Below the pieces are notes generated by a model, which did not search any database, was not told where the DNA came from, and saw nothing but the letters and a program-made list of their open reading frames with translations. From NCBI GenBank assembly GCA_963765545.1, contig CAVXWW010000004.1:1667923-1731922 (forward strand): DNA of 64,000 nt, written 5' to 3'. Below are positions 1 through 14,158 of the stretch, piece after piece. Position numbers and translations under genes: made by a program. The DNA is from an uncultured Gammaproteobacteria bacterium (GTDB taxonomy: Bacteria; Pseudomonadota; Gammaproteobacteria; Pseudomonadales; Halieaceae). Within the stretch, counting starts at the first letter, position 1; the number at the start of each line of letters is the position of its first letter.

Positions 1-374
1 CCTGTCGCTGCAGCGCCTGCGGCAACGGCCGCCCCCGTGACAGCCGGTGCCACTGCAACACCGCTGGTCGCGGCTGCCGGGGTGGTGGCCCGGGCAGGGG
101 CGACATATACCGGCGAAGGACCCGTCTGCCAGAGGTAAATATCCTGCCCCGGATAAATCGTATAGGGATCAGGAATGCTGTTAACCTCGGCAACCTTGCG
201 ATAGTCGAGGCCATAACGAAAGGCTATCGAATACAGGGTGTCCCCGCTTTGGACGACATAGACCGATACCGCCGACTGGCCCTTGCCGTGGCGGTCCTCG
301 ACCGGCGCCCTGCTGTTACTGCCACAGCCGACCAGGCCACACAGTAACAGCGTGATGATTATCCGAGTAAGCAC
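1..374 (-). CDS. nlpD: LysM-domain lipoprotein, NlpD-like (N-terminal part; gene runs off the left edge of the window)
   Basis: Not in the ORF track because there is no stop in the window. Manual minus-strand translation from GTG at 374 gives LTRIIITLLLCGLVGCGSNS (lipobox), then VYVVQSGDTLYSIAFRYGLDYRKVAEVNSIPDPYTIYPGQDIYL (LysM), then an Ala/Pro-rich linker. It lies downstream of pcm, as in Pseudomonas-type loci. Confidence 0.75.
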   Translation of the reverse strand, partial: MLTRIIITLLLCGLVGCGSNSRAPVEDRHGKGQSAVSVYVVQSGDTLYSIAFRYGLDYRKVAEVNSIPDPYTIYPGQDIYLWQTGPSPVYVAPARATTPAAATSGVAVAPAVTGAAVAAGAAAT

Positions 375-414
375 ATTCTTCCCCGACCGCGCGACCTGTT
401 GCAGAATGTCGCGA

Positions 415-1329
415 CTAGTCTCTCCCCCAGCTGTAATCGATCAGCCATACCACGGCAAAGCCCAACACCATTAGAGCAACGCACAGGACAATGGCAGGTT
501 CCTGCCCCGTGAGGGCGGCATATTCCGCCGGTGACACCGGAATCTGCCGGGCGGCTTTGAGTTGGCCGTGGCTGCCCTGAATCCACTCCAGAACATGTTT
601 CCAGGGCCACACAATAACGAGAGAGCCGAAAAGGAACCCTGTCAGCACGGCCATTGTGGCCTGGTGAAACCGGTGCAGTAACCAAAACAACAGGCGCGAA
701 AAACACAGCAGGCCCGCGCCGGCACCAGCGATAAACACCAGCAGGAATGCCAGGTCCAGAGATTTGACGGCGGCCAGAACCGTACCGTACATACCCAGAA
801 GCACCAGGATAAAGCTGCCCGAAATACCCGGCAGTATCATCGCGCATATCGCCAGGAACCCCGACAGAAACACCCCGACCAGGCCAAAATCCATGTTCGC
901 CGCAGGCGAAAAGGCGATAAGGCCCGCGGTAGCCGCCCCCGCCACCAGGCACACTGCGCGCGGCAGATTCCAACCCTCGATCTGGCGCAGCAGCACCACG
1001 GCAGATGCCAGGATAAGGCCGAAGAAAAAGGCCCACAGGGGTACAGGGTGATTGGCGAGGACCCAGGAAATCAGGCGAGCAAGGGAAAAAATGCTGGTAC
1101 CGATACCCAGCAGCAACGCCAGCAGGAAGCCACCGTTCACATGTTGCCAGGCCCCGCGGATATCCTGGCGAATCAATCGCCCCAGAAAATCGAGATCAAA
1201 GGAGCGCAGGCTGCCCAGCAAGGTATCGTAAATACCGGTGATGAACGCCATGGTGCCGCCGGACACCCCGGGCACGATGTCCGCCGCGCCCATCAGCATG
1301 CCGCGCAGGAAAACGCCGAGACTGTTCAT
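415..1329 (-). CDS. DUF368 family polytopic membrane protein (PopT-like candidate undecaprenyl-phosphate translocase)
   Basis: 304 aa and multi-TM. The N-terminal motif GAADIVPGVSGGTMAFITGIY is typical of DUF368. Confidence 0.85.
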   Translation of the reverse strand: MNSLGVFLRGMLMGAADIVPGVSGGTMAFITGIYDTLLGSLRSFDLDFLGRLIRQDIRGAWQHVNGGFLLALLLGIGTSIFSLARLISWVLANHPVPLWAFFFGLILASAVVLLRQIEGWNLPRAVCLVAGAATAGLIAFSPAANMDFGLVGVFLSGFLAICAMILPGISGSFILVLLGMYGTVLAAVKSLDLAFLLVFIAGAGAGLLCFSRLLFWLLHRFHQATMAVLTGFLFGSLVIVWPWKHVLEWIQGSHGQLKAARQIPVSPAEYAALTGQEPAIVLCVALMVLGFAVVWLIDYSWGRD

Positions 1330-1356
1330 TGCTGCCCCATTATCGGCTCACTGGCG

Positions 1357-1989
1357 TCACTTGACCGTGCCGGAACGCAGCGGCACAAAATTGACTGCCT
1401 CCACTATCTGGGTCTCATAGCCCTCATGAGTTCGGGTAACGACCTGCAGGTGCTGGCTCTCATTACCAACAGGGATGACGAGTCGGCCACCGGGGGCCAG
1501 TTGCAGCAGCAGTTCCTCGGGAATGCGCTCAGGAGCCGCGGTGGCAAGAATTCCGTCGTAGGGGCCGCGTTCCTCCCAGCCCATGCCACCGTCGGCATGG
1601 TTCATATGGACATTGCGCAATTTCAGTTGCCGCAGGCGCTGCCTGGCCTTGAGTTGCAGGGGCTTGATGCGCTCAACGCTATAGACCTCGGTCACCAGCC
1701 GGGCCAGCACGGCGGTCTGGTAACCCGAGCCTGTACCGATCTCCAACACGCGTTCGCGGGGTCCGGCAGCCAGCAACAGTTCGGTCATTCTGGCCACAAT
1801 ATATGGCTGGGACAGGGTCTGCTGAAATCCGATCGGCAGGGCCACGTCTTCATAGGCGCGATGGGCCATGGCCTCATCGAGAAACAGGTGGCGCGGAGTG
1901 CTGCGAACCACATCCAGCACCCTGGTGTCGGAAATACCCTGCTCCACCAGGCGCTGGATCAGGCGCTCCCGCGTGCGCCGCGAGGTCAT
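1357..1989 (-). CDS. pcm: protein-L-isoaspartate O-methyltransferase
   Basis: Internal ATG at 1989 ([14 protein letters not shown]...). SAM motif [16 protein letters not shown] and C-terminal PLRSG. The longer track ORF (to 2412) overlaps truD and is rejected. Confidence 0.9.
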   Translation of the reverse strand: MTSRRTRERLIQRLVEQGISDTRVLDVVRSTPRHLFLDEAMAHRAYEDVALPIGFQQTLSQPYIVARMTELLLAAGPRERVLEIGTGSGYQTAVLARLVTEVYSVERIKPLQLKARQRLRQLKLRNVHMNHADGGMGWEERGPYDGILATAAPERIPEELLLQLAPGGRLVIPVGNESQHLQVVTRTHEGYETQIVEAVNFVPLRSGTVK

Positions 1990-2035
1990 CCCTATGCCGT
2001 TTACATCGACATTATTAACCGCCCTTACCACCCCT

Positions 2036-3079
2036 TCATTCCCCTGTTTGCGCCCCTTGCTTATACTGGACAATCTCCGCCAGCAGCGCCGTGGCGTAGG
2101 CGCCGGCACCGAGGGCAAAGTCCAGTTGCAGGACGTCATCATCACAAAACTGCCAGCAAAAGTCATCCGCCATAAGGCGGGCGGGGCGCCATGCCAACTC
2201 CAGCCCCTGATGTTCCAGAAAATCACACACAGCGCGCTGTCCCGCCAGGGTCTCGCGCTGCTGCAGCGCCCTGTCGGGCGAGGCGCTGGAGACGCCGCTT
2301 CCCCAAAGGGGCAATCCCGGGTGTATGTCACCGCAGCTGGCCCGCTGCCGTATCTCGTCGTCGACCAGCTCGCAGGTAAAGAGGCTGCGGCTGCCATGCA
2401 GCATACAGACATCGCCGTGGCAGATGCGGTTCCAGGTACCCGAGTCCACCCGCTCAGCCAACATCGTATTGAACAGAAAAGAGCGCAGTGCCGATAAATA
2501 CAGACCGCGCTTGCTCCGGGTCAGCTTGCGAGCGCCGCCCTTCGCCCAGCGACGCGCCTGCTCCAGCGTGGCGCCATTGCGCCCGAAACGCTGCTCGCCA
2601 AAATAATTGGGTACACCCTGCTCTGCCACCTGCTGCAGGCGCCCTTCCAGCGCCGAGCGCTCGCCGCTGACAGACCGCAATACTAGGCTGAAACGGTTGG
2701 CCCGATGCACCCCCCGCCTGAGTTTGCGGCTGTGCCGGCCACTGGTCAATAACTGTACATCGCCGTCCGCCTCCAGTGCCTGCCAGTCCGGCTCGCGGCG
2801 TCCCGCCATGCCGATACTGAACCACTGCCGGGTAACGGCGTTGCGGTCTTTCAGCCCGCTCAGGCCAATATCGCGTTCGGGCACGCCGCTTAGCGCAGCC
2901 AGTCGCGCCAGGAGCTCAAGGCTGTTGAGGTTACGCTTCTGCAAATACAGGAAAACATGCTCGCCCTCCCCCGACAATTCAAAACCCAACTCCTCGCGGA
3001 CCAGAAAATCCTCGGGGACACTGCGAACAAGGGCGCAGCCCACCGGCTCACCCCAGGCGCGCGACCAGGTCGCGATCAT
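2036..3079 (-). CDS. truD: tRNA pseudouridine(13) synthase TruD
   Basis: 347 aa. [28 protein letters not shown] and [14 protein letters not shown] match the TruD family. ATGA overlap with ispF. Confidence 0.92.
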   Translation of the reverse strand: MIATWSRAWGEPVGCALVRSVPEDFLVREELGFELSGEGEHVFLYLQKRNLNSLELLARLAALSGVPERDIGLSGLKDRNAVTRQWFSIGMAGRREPDWQALEADGDVQLLTSGRHSRKLRRGVHRANRFSLVLRSVSGERSALEGRLQQVAEQGVPNYFGEQRFGRNGATLEQARRWAKGGARKLTRSKRGLYLSALRSFLFNTMLAERVDSGTWNRICHGDVCMLHGSRSLFTCELVDDEIRQRASCGDIHPGLPLWGSGVSSASPDRALQQRETLAGQRAVCDFLEHQGLELAWRPARLMADDFCWQFCDDDVLQLDFALGAGAYATALLAEIVQYKQGAQTGE

Positions 3080-3558
3080 GCGCCTGCGGCTTGCAACAGC
3101 ACCACGGCGTGGGCGGCTATTCCCTCTTCCCGGCCCGTGAAGCCGAGCTTTTCGGTGGTCGTGGCCTTCACGTTAACCTGTTCCACCGCTGCCCCCCCCA
3201 GATCCTCTGCGAGATTCACCCGCATGGCGTCTATATAGGGCGCCATGCGGGGTGCCTGTGCCACCAGGGTGGCGTCCAGATTGACAAGATGCCAGCCCGC
3301 CTCGCCCACCAACGTTGCCACCCTGCGCAGCAAAAGCCGGCTGTCTATACCTGCATTGGCCGGGTCCGTATCCGGAAAATGCCGGCCTATATCGCCCTGA
3401 CCGATCGCGCCGAGCAATGCATCACAGATTGCGTGGATCAGGACGTCCCCATCGGAGTGAGCCTCCAGGCCACGGTGATGGGGGATGCGCACACCACCCA
3501 ACACGATGCCGTCTCCCCCCCCGAAGCGGTGCACATCGTAACCATGTCCTATTCGCAT
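3076..3558 (-). CDS. ispF: 2-C-methyl-D-erythritol 2,4-cyclodiphosphate synthase
   Basis: Start [12 protein letters not shown] at 3558, then [10 protein letters not shown] and [12 protein letters not shown] motifs. The track ORF start at 3603 is probably an over-extension. Confidence 0.92.
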   Translation of the reverse strand: MRIGHGYDVHRFGGGDGIVLGGVRIPHHRGLEAHSDGDVLIHAICDALLGAIGQGDIGRHFPDTDPANAGIDSRLLLRRVATLVGEAGWHLVNLDATLVAQAPRMAPYIDAMRVNLAEDLGGAAVEQVNVKATTTEKLGFTGREEGIAAHAVVLLQAAGA

Positions 3559-3583
3559 GACTGCCTGCTCCACCTTATCTTGT

Positions 3584-4291
3584 TCATGAATCGATGCCCT
3601 CACCGAGATACCAGGCCGCCAGCGCCAGGTCTCCGGGCAGGGTCACTTTCAGATTGCGCTCTGAACCTGCCACCAGCTGCACCGGGTGGCCGGCCAATTC
3701 CATGGCAGAGGCCTCGTCAGTGATTGCCACGCCCCGCTGTGCCGCGGCCACAATAGCTGCATGCAATTCACCCAGGCGGAACATCTGGGGAGTCTGGGCA
3801 CGCCATAACCGCCCCCGATCCAGGGTACTGGCTACCAGACCGTTCTCGTCTGCCAGTTTGACCGTATCGACGATGGCAGCTGCCAGAACGCCACCCTGCC
3901 CCCGGCCGGTGACCCTCTCAACCAGCCGGGCAAGATCATCGGCCGGCAGGCAGGGCCGGGCCGCGTCGTGCACCAGCACCCAGTCCTGCGGCTCACCCCT
4001 GGCAAGCAGTGCTCCCAGCGCTGCCAGTACCGAATCACTGCGACGTTCACCACCGCTAACACACTCAATCCGGTCATCGTCGAACAGCGATAACTGCCCT
4101 GCCCGCGCATCGTCAGGGTGCAGGGCGACCACAACGCCGGCAATACTGGCATTGGCCAGCAGGGCACTTACACTGTGCTCCAGAATGGTTTTCCCGGCGA
4201 GTTTCAGGTACTGCTTGGGTATGGCGGCGTTCATCCGACTGCCGATTCCAGCGGCCGGAACCACGCCCCAGCAGCGCTGCCCGGCCGCCAT
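3584..4291 (-). CDS. ispD: 2-C-methyl-D-erythritol 4-phosphate cytidylyltransferase
   Basis: 235 aa. [11 protein letters not shown]...PKQYL motif. Sits between ftsB and ispF. Confidence 0.92.
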   Translation of the reverse strand: MAAGQRCWGVVPAAGIGSRMNAAIPKQYLKLAGKTILEHSVSALLANASIAGVVVALHPDDARAGQLSLFDDDRIECVSGGERRSDSVLAALGALLARGEPQDWVLVHDAARPCLPADDLARLVERVTGRGQGGVLAAAIVDTVKLADENGLVASTLDRGRLWRAQTPQMFRLGELHAAIVAAAQRGVAITDEASAMELAGHPVQLVAGSERNLKVTLPGDLALAAWYLGEGIDS

Positions 4292-4659
4292 CAGGGCGTT
4301 TGCCCAACGGTGGGCGGCGGGGTTGTTTCGGTCGCGGGCGTCGGCGCCTCCCCGTGGGCTGTAATGGCTGAGTCGGGAGCAGTCCCGGGAGGATCGACAA
4401 ACTGGAAGAAGGTTTCGCCCTCGCGAATCAGCCCCAACTGCTCCCGGGCTCGCTGTTCCAGGCCCTTGTTGCCAGTCTGCAGGTCCAGCACCTCACGTTC
4501 CAGCGCGGCGTTGCGCTCCTCCAGTTGCTGGTTGATCCTGGCCTGCTCATCGATCTGCCGTTCCAGCCGACTGTATTCAGCCAGGCTGCCCTCGGCAATC
4601 CACAGTCGGTACTGCAGCACAACCAACAGCAGTAACAGACCCGCGAGCAACCAGCGCAA
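4291..4659 (-). CDS. ftsB: cell division protein FtsB
   Basis: 122 aa. N-terminal TM helix plus coiled coil and the LGLIREGETFFQ motif. Conserved eno-ftsB-ispD order. Confidence 0.85.
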   Translation of the reverse strand: MRWLLAGLLLLLVVLQYRLWIAEGSLAEYSRLERQIDEQARINQQLEERNAALEREVLDLQTGNKGLEQRAREQLGLIREGETFFQFVDPPGTAPDSAITAHGEAPTPATETTPPPTVGQTP

Positions 4660-4661
4660 GA

Positions 4662-6860
<2,199 letters not shown>

Positions 6861-6890
6861 TCAATATGCGTATTAAAAACAGGGTGCCGC

Positions 6891-8573
<1,683 letters not shown>

Positions 8574-8660
8574 TCACTCAGCCCCCGTAGGGAATGAAAT
8601 CGACGGGTGCGAGTCCTGCGAAAAGATGGGAAGTCAGGCTACCAGAAAGCCGCAGCCAGC

Positions 8661-10022
8661 TCAATCGAAAGCAGTGGTGATGTTGCGCTCCCAACACGGC
8701 TGCCAGAGGTCGTCTCCCGCCACCGCGGCAGTCACCAGGCGGGTCGAATCGCACAGCCAGAGGTCGCCCACGGCCAGCAGCTCCCCATCAAGTGATAGCA
8801 GCGGTACCCGATCGCGCCACCAGGGAGGTATATCGCTCTCCTGCAGGAGTTTCTTCAGGCTGGCACTGCCGGCCCTGCCCCTGGGCCGGCAACGCTCGCC
8901 GCCCAGCCGCCAGGTAATCTCCAGCTGTTCCCCGGGGGCCAACCTGAGCCCCTCCCCGGGCGCGGGCGCCAGCCACAAACGTCCACCATCGGGCAATGCA
9001 AGGCTTTCGCCAATCGCCAGGGACAGCGAGTGATCCCCGGGGGCGCCCCCCTCAATACCGGGCAGCAGGTAGAGCCCATCACGAAAGCGCTGCAGGACGT
9101 AGGCGCTGCAGTGCAGTCGCGGCTTGCCGGAGGCGGCTGCATCTCCGAGCTGGCGCAGGAACTCGTCCAGGGCGGCCCGGTCCGGGGCCGGGAGGTCCGC
9201 CGCGCGCAGCCAGTGCCGCAGTGCCATAGCCGCCTCCCCGGGCCCACCGGAACTCAGCTGGGAAAGTGCAATTCCCGGATCGCCCATGACACTGTATACC
9301 GTTGGCGGCGCCGGCACCGCGCGGGCCAACTGCGCGGCAGCATCACCTATATGGGCACTGGCCCGAACCACAGTCTGGCGATACCCCGGCCAGCGCGCGG
9401 CAACCAGCGGCAAGATCTCTTTACGCAGGTAGTTACGGTCCATCGCCGTATCGCTGTTACTGGGGTCCTCTACACAGGACAACCCGCGTTGACTGGCGCA
9501 GGCCTCAAGCCGCGAGCGGGGCTGCTGCAGTAGCGGGCGCACCAGGCTTCCGCGCCCCAGGGGCCTGGTTACGGGCATTGCCGCCAGGCCCTGCACCCCG
9601 GCTCCGCGCAGCAGGCGCAGCAGGAATGTTTCAACCTGATCATCCGCATGATGCCCCAGAAACAGGACTTCCCCTGCCTGCAATTGTTGTTCAAACAAGC
9701 CGTAACGGGCCTCGCGGGCCGCATCCTCCAGGCCGCGCCCGGCAGCCGTCACCTCTGCCGCCAGACAAAGCAGCGGAACCTGCAGGCCCCGGCACAGGCC
9801 TTCACAGTGTTGCTGCCACTTGTCGGCATCAGCCTGTAGTGAGTGGTTCACGTGGATAGCCACCAGCGGCGGCGCCGCATTGTGCTGGCACCAGTCGCAC
9901 AGCAACTGCAGCAGGACGGAGGAATCGACACCCCCACTCAGACCCACGTGCCAGCGCGGAGCCTCCAGCAATGTCTCGAGCAGGGGATCCAGCGCCCGGT
10001 GAGTCAACAGCGCGTCAGCCAT
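8661..10022 (-). CDS. tilS: tRNA(Ile)-lysidine synthetase
   Basis: 453 aa. PP-loop SGGVDSS. Sits between accA and pyrG, as in Pseudomonas. Confidence 0.9.
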   Translation of the reverse strand: MADALLTHRALDPLLETLLEAPRWHVGLSGGVDSSVLLQLLCDWCQHNAAPPLVAIHVNHSLQADADKWQQHCEGLCRGLQVPLLCLAAEVTAAGRGLEDAAREARYGLFEQQLQAGEVLFLGHHADDQVETFLLRLLRGAGVQGLAAMPVTRPLGRGSLVRPLLQQPRSRLEACASQRGLSCVEDPSNSDTAMDRNYLRKEILPLVAARWPGYRQTVVRASAHIGDAAAQLARAVPAPPTVYSVMGDPGIALSQLSSGGPGEAAMALRHWLRAADLPAPDRAALDEFLRQLGDAAASGKPRLHCSAYVLQRFRDGLYLLPGIEGGAPGDHSLSLAIGESLALPDGGRLWLAPAPGEGLRLAPGEQLEITWRLGGERCRPRGRAGSASLKKLLQESDIPPWWRDRVPLLSLDGELLAVGDLWLCDSTRLVTAAVAGDDLWQPCWERNITTAFD

Positions 10023-10057
10023 AATAACCCGCGGCTTGAAGGGCGGCCTGGGCCCGC

Positions 10058-11005
10058 CTAGTTACCGTAGGACATCAGGCGCTGGTAGCGCTTGGCCAGC
10101 AGATCCTCAAGGGGTAATTGCCCCAGAGCAATCAACTGTTCCAGCAGGTGGGCCTTGATCCTATTCGCCATTTCCTCCGGGTCGCGGTGGGCGCCCCCGA
10201 GTGGTTCGGGAATGGTTGCATCTACAATTCCGAGCTCCTGCAGCACTGAGGATGTCACGCCCATGGCCGCAGCGGCCTCCGGGGCATTCTCGGTGCTCTT
10301 CCAGATGATATTGGCGCAGCCTTCGGGCGAGATGACGAAATAGGTTGAATACTGCAGCATGACCAGATGGTCTCCTACACCTATACCCAGCGCACCGCCG
10401 GAACTGCCCTCACCGATGACCACGCAGATAATAGGCGTCGCCAGCCTGGACATCACTGCCAGGTTGCGGGCGATCGATTCACTGATACCGCGTTCCTCCG
10501 AATCGATGCCCGGGTAGGCTCCCGGGGTATCGATCAGGGTAATGACCGGCAGCTTGAATCGTTCGGCTGTTTCCATCAGGCGCAGAGCCTTGCGATAACC
10601 CTCAGGCTTGGGCATGCCGAAATTGCGCAACACCTTGTCCTTTACCGCGCGCCCTTTCTCCTGGCCAATCACCATGACAGGCTGGCCTTCCAGCCGGGCC
10701 ACACCACCCACGATAGCCCGGTCGTCACCAAAGTGACGGTCGCCGTGCAATTCGTCGAATTCCTCGAATACCAGTGGCAGGTAATCCATGGTGTAGGGGC
10801 GCAGCGGGTGCCGCGCCACCCGGACCGTGTCCCAGGGGCTGAGATTAGAGTAGATTTTTTCGGTGAGCTTGGTGCTCTTCGCGCGCAGCGTCTCGATTTC
10901 TTCGCTGATATTGATCTCATTGTCCGAGCCAACGAGGCGCAACTCCTCGATCTTGACCTCCAGATCGGCGATTGGCTGTTCGAAATCGAGATAATTGGGG
11001 TTCAT
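10058..11005 (-). CDS. accA: acetyl-CoA carboxylase carboxyltransferase subunit alpha
   Basis: Start [16 protein letters not shown] at 11005 (the track start at 11017 is a GTG extension). Typical AccA sequence throughout. Confidence 0.95.
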   Translation of the reverse strand: MNPNYLDFEQPIADLEVKIEELRLVGSDNEINISEEIETLRAKSTKLTEKIYSNLSPWDTVRVARHPLRPYTMDYLPLVFEEFDELHGDRHFGDDRAIVGGVARLEGQPVMVIGQEKGRAVKDKVLRNFGMPKPEGYRKALRLMETAERFKLPVITLIDTPGAYPGIDSEERGISESIARNLAVMSRLATPIICVVIGEGSSGGALGIGVGDHLVMLQYSTYFVISPEGCANIIWKSTENAPEAAAAMGVTSSVLQELGIVDATIPEPLGGAHRDPEEMANRIKAHLLEQLIALGQLPLEDLLAKRYQRLMSYGN

Positions 11006-11199
11006 GCGACACGACACTCACTGGAGAACAAGAGCGGCCAGTGTACAAAAATATTGGGATGCAGACCAATAGCAGATCACCCGAGAAAAACGGCACTATG
11101 CAGCAAAAGCAAGGGGCGCTGCACGGCGCCGCTGCAACCCGCGCCACCGGGCTGTCACATGCGATGTGGGCCCGGATGAGATCCCCACCCGCACCGCGC

Positions 11200-11853
11200 T
11201 CAGTCTGCCAGGTATATCCTCACGTCCCGGAACGCCGCCGATTCGTCAAGGTCGGGCAGCGTGCAACTCGCCTGGCGAGCTATCTGCCGGTAGGGCGGGT
11301 GATCAAAGTCCTTAACCCGGGAATCCGCGACCAGCACCTTCTGGGCCCGACCGACAAAACGCTGCAGCCAGCTGAGATTGGCCCTGTCATAAAGCACATC
11401 CGCGACGATAATCAGGTCGATATCGCCCCGCACACGGTCAAAGTCTGCGGCATAGACCAGATCCACGCCACAGCGCCGGGCATTACTACGGGTTGCTGCC
11501 AACGCCAGCGGATCGATATCACAGGCGATAACCTCGGCGGCGCCGGCCATGGCGGCAGCAATGGCTACCACCCCCGAGCCACAACCAAAATCCAGCACGC
11601 GCTTGCCCTGCACCCACTGCGGCTGTTCCAGCAAATAGCGTGCGAGCACCTGCCCGGAAGCCCAGCAAAAGACCCAGTACAAAGGGTTGTCCATAACCCG
11701 CCGCACAGCCTCCGGAGAGAGCCCTTCCTGAGGGTAATCGCTGGCCAGTAGCAACAGGCGCACCGCCGGTGTAGCGGGCAAGGCGACCTCCTCCAGTTTG
11801 GCCCCGGGTAATATTCGTTGCAGCGATTCACGCAGCAAATTGTCGTCAGGCAT
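11200..11853 (-). CDS. class I SAM-dependent methyltransferase (PrmA-like fold)
   Basis: [20 protein letters not shown] motif I. Start taken at the internal ATG 11853 (MPDDNLL...); the longer track ORF would overlap the divergent gene's upstream region. Confidence 0.7.
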   Translation of the reverse strand: MPDDNLLRESLQRILPGAKLEEVALPATPAVRLLLLASDYPQEGLSPEAVRRVMDNPLYWVFCWASGQVLARYLLEQPQWVQGKRVLDFGCGSGVVAIAAAMAGAAEVIACDIDPLALAATRSNARRCGVDLVYAADFDRVRGDIDLIIVADVLYDRANLSWLQRFVGRAQKVLVADSRVKDFDHPPYRQIARQASCTLPDLDESAAFRDVRIYLAD

Positions 11854-11968
11854 GGTGGTACCTGGTGCGCAAAAAAAACGCATGTTAGCACCGTCAGCAA
11901 TGCTGCCCACACAGATCGTTGCGCAACAGTCGTATGCCGGCGCCACAGGGTTCTATAGAATACAGGCC

Positions 11969-12631
11969 ATGCTCGAGCCCCCACCTTATCTTGTCCCGCA
12001 CAGCCAGGAAGAAATTCGCATTCTGTACGAGGACGCCGACCTGCTGCTGGTGCGCAAACCCGACCTTCTGCTCACCATCCCCGGCCGCCATCCCCTCAAC
12101 AAGGACTGCCTGATAACCCGGTTACAGCAACACTATCCCTCGGCAAGCATCGTCCACCGACTCGACCTCGACACCTCGGGCGTCATGGTTGTCCCGCTGA
12201 ACAAACCCACCCACGCCCATATCAGTCGCCAGTTCCAGCAGCGGCAAGTGGAAAAAACCTATCACGCGGTTGTTTACGGCATCATTCCCGAAGACCGGGG
12301 CGAGATCGACCTGCCCATAGCCACCGATTGGGAGAACCGGCCCAGGCAGATGATCTGTCACGAGCGCGGCAGGCAGGCACTGACTCGCTTCGAAGTACTG
12401 GAACGCGGCAGCGACCGCACCAGGGTGTTACTGAAACCTGTCACCGGTCGCTCGCATCAGTTACGCATCCATATGCGCGAACTGGGCCACCCTATCCTGG
12501 GGTGTGACATGTACGCCCATCCCGAGGCGCTGGCCATGGCATCCCGCCTGTTACTGCATGCAACCGTCCTCGCCTTCGAACACCCCGCCACTGGGGAATG
12601 GTTGTCAGGAGAATGCCCGCCAGATTTCTAG
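11969..12631 (+). CDS. RluA-family pseudouridine synthase
   Basis: Start MLEPPPY at ATG 11969. Catalytic HRLDLDTSGVMVV motif and the VTGRSHQLRIH motif. Confidence 0.85.
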   Translation: MLEPPPYLVPHSQEEIRILYEDADLLLVRKPDLLLTIPGRHPLNKDCLITRLQQHYPSASIVHRLDLDTSGVMVVPLNKPTHAHISRQFQQRQVEKTYHAVVYGIIPEDRGEIDLPIATDWENRPRQMICHERGRQALTRFEVLERGSDRTRVLLKPVTGRSHQLRIHMRELGHPILGCDMYAHPEALAMASRLLLHATVLAFEHPATGEWLSGECPPDF

Positions 12632-12665
12632 GGGCTGTGGCCACGGCGACACGGATGACTTCAGG

Positions 12666-13466
12666 TTAACTTTCACCCAGGTAACTGCACCAATCACTCC
12701 AGCTACCGGCATACAGTGTTGCATCGTCTCTTCCCAGCAGCGCCAGGCTGAACAGATTGACACAAGCAGTCACGCCAGAGCCACAGTAGACAACCAGTTG
12801 TTCAGCCTCCAGTGCCTCACCCCAGTGTGCCCGCAAGTCGTCGGCTTCACGCATTTTGCCGTCCGCTGAGGTCACCCCCTGCCAGGGCCGGTTGACCGCT
12901 CCGGGAATGTGTCCGGCAATGGGGTCGATGGGCTCCTCCAGCCCCTGGTAACGACGCTCCTCCCTGGAGTCCACCAGCAATGCGCCCCCCTGCTGAAGGG
13001 TGCGAAGGGCATCGATATCACACCAGTCGCTGAACTGCCCCTGCCCACCGGCCGCACCGGTCCCCGGCTGGTTTGCGTCGGTTTCGGGCCGACCACCCGT
13101 TGCAAGCCAGGCCTGGTAGCCGCCATTGAGCAACCGCGGGGGACGGTATCCAAGGCTGCGCATCAACCACCACAGCCGTGCTGCAAAGGCAAAACGCGTA
13201 TCGTCGTAGGCGATGACATCGGTGTCTTTACGCACACCGTAGCTGGTCAGCAACGCGACAAAACGCTGCGCCTCCGGCAACGGATGCCGGCCACCATGCG
13301 CGGAGACAAGGCCCGACAGGTCGCTTCCAAGGTCCAGGTAATATGCGCCCGGAATATGGCCCTCGAGGTACTGGCGTCGGCCAGCCCCGGGATCTGCAAG
13401 GGAATAGCGGCAGTCAAAAATAAGCTGCCGCGGGAAAGTCGCCAATTGTTCAGCTTCGATCAGCAT
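12666..13466 (-). CDS. tandem-rhodanese sulfurtransferase (thiosulfate/3-mercaptopyruvate sulfurtransferase-like)
   Basis: 266 aa with two rhodanese halves. Active-site loop CGSGVTAC near the C-terminus. Confidence 0.85.
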   Translation of the reverse strand: MLIEAEQLATFPRQLIFDCRYSLADPGAGRRQYLEGHIPGAYYLDLGSDLSGLVSAHGGRHPLPEAQRFVALLTSYGVRKDTDVIAYDDTRFAFAARLWWLMRSLGYRPPRLLNGGYQAWLATGGRPETDANQPGTGAAGGQGQFSDWCDIDALRTLQQGGALLVDSREERRYQGLEEPIDPIAGHIPGAVNRPWQGVTSADGKMREADDLRAHWGEALEAEQLVVYCGSGVTACVNLFSLALLGRDDATLYAGSWSDWCSYLGES

Positions 13467-13622
13467 CGATTATGATTTCCACGCAGTCTAATTGCGCCTC
13501 GGGCTGCTGCAGCAGCCGGCATTGCTAAAGAGTAGGCGAGTCGAAGGAAATTCACTAGACTTGGTTTGATCGATGTACGGGGTATCACCTTGGTTACCAC
13601 CACTCGCACCACTTCGAAGCTG

Positions 13623-14093
13623 ATGATTGTGGCAACGCCGAACCGCTCGGCCAGCTGGCGTGCCAACAAATTGGTTCTGATCGCCCTTGCGATACCGTCA
13701 CTGGGCATTGCCACCGGCTTCGCCATGATAGGCGCATGGCCCATTTTGCCCTTTGCCGGGCTGGAATTGCTGGCGGTGGGCTCGGCGCTCTATTATGTCA
13801 ACTGGAAATTACAGTACCGTCATGTAATCACCCTGAGCGAGGACTGCGTCTATATCGACAAGGGCTTCTATGCCCCCAGGCAGAGCTGGAAGTTCCCGCG
13901 CCAGGGTACTGGCCTGGCCATAGTGCCCGAACAACACCCCTGGGACGGGCCCGGCCTGTCACTGCAGGGTACGGGCGAATCGGTCAGCGTGGGCGAATTC
14001 CTCAATCGCGACGATAGCCTGAAGCTCGCCAATCTGCTGCGCCAGGAATTTCGCGTTGGCAGCTACAGTGCGCAGGGCAACAGGCTCTTCTAG
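13623..14093 (+). CDS. DUF2244-like two-TM membrane protein
   Basis: NRSASWRANKLVLIALA... then AWPILPFAGLELLAVG, as in DUF2244. Start uncertain: ATG 13623 or TTG 13566. Confidence 0.6.
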   Translation: MIVATPNRSASWRANKLVLIALAIPSLGIATGFAMIGAWPILPFAGLELLAVGSALYYVNWKLQYRHVITLSEDCVYIDKGFYAPRQSWKFPRQGTGLAIVPEQHPWDGPGLSLQGTGESVSVGEFLNRDDSLKLANLLRQEFRVGSYSAQGNRLF

Positions 14094-14158
14094 GGCACCT
14101 CTGAACAATGGCAATCGCGCTCAGCGGAGCGCGATTGCCATTGTTCAGAGGTGCCCTA
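14091..14158. repeat. 68-nt perfect palindrome (32-bp arms, 4-nt loop) between convergent genes; candidate bidirectional terminator or REP-like element
   Basis: TAGGGCACCTCTGAACAATGGCAATCGCGCTC-AGCG-GAGCGCGATTGCCATTGTTCAGAGGTGCCCTA, with no mismatch. The outermost triplets are the TAG stops of the two flanking genes. Confidence 0.9.

Noticed and set aside
1048-2175. 375-aa plus-strand ORF, plus many similar long ORFs: 359-1036(-), 3594-4364(+), 35679-36563(-), 39204-40052(-), 59485-60360(+), 62425-63438(+).
   Set aside because: They lie antisense to, or out of frame with, strongly recognisable genes. They have Arg/Ala/Pro/Gly-rich low-complexity composition and match no family. These are typical shadow ORFs of high-GC DNA.
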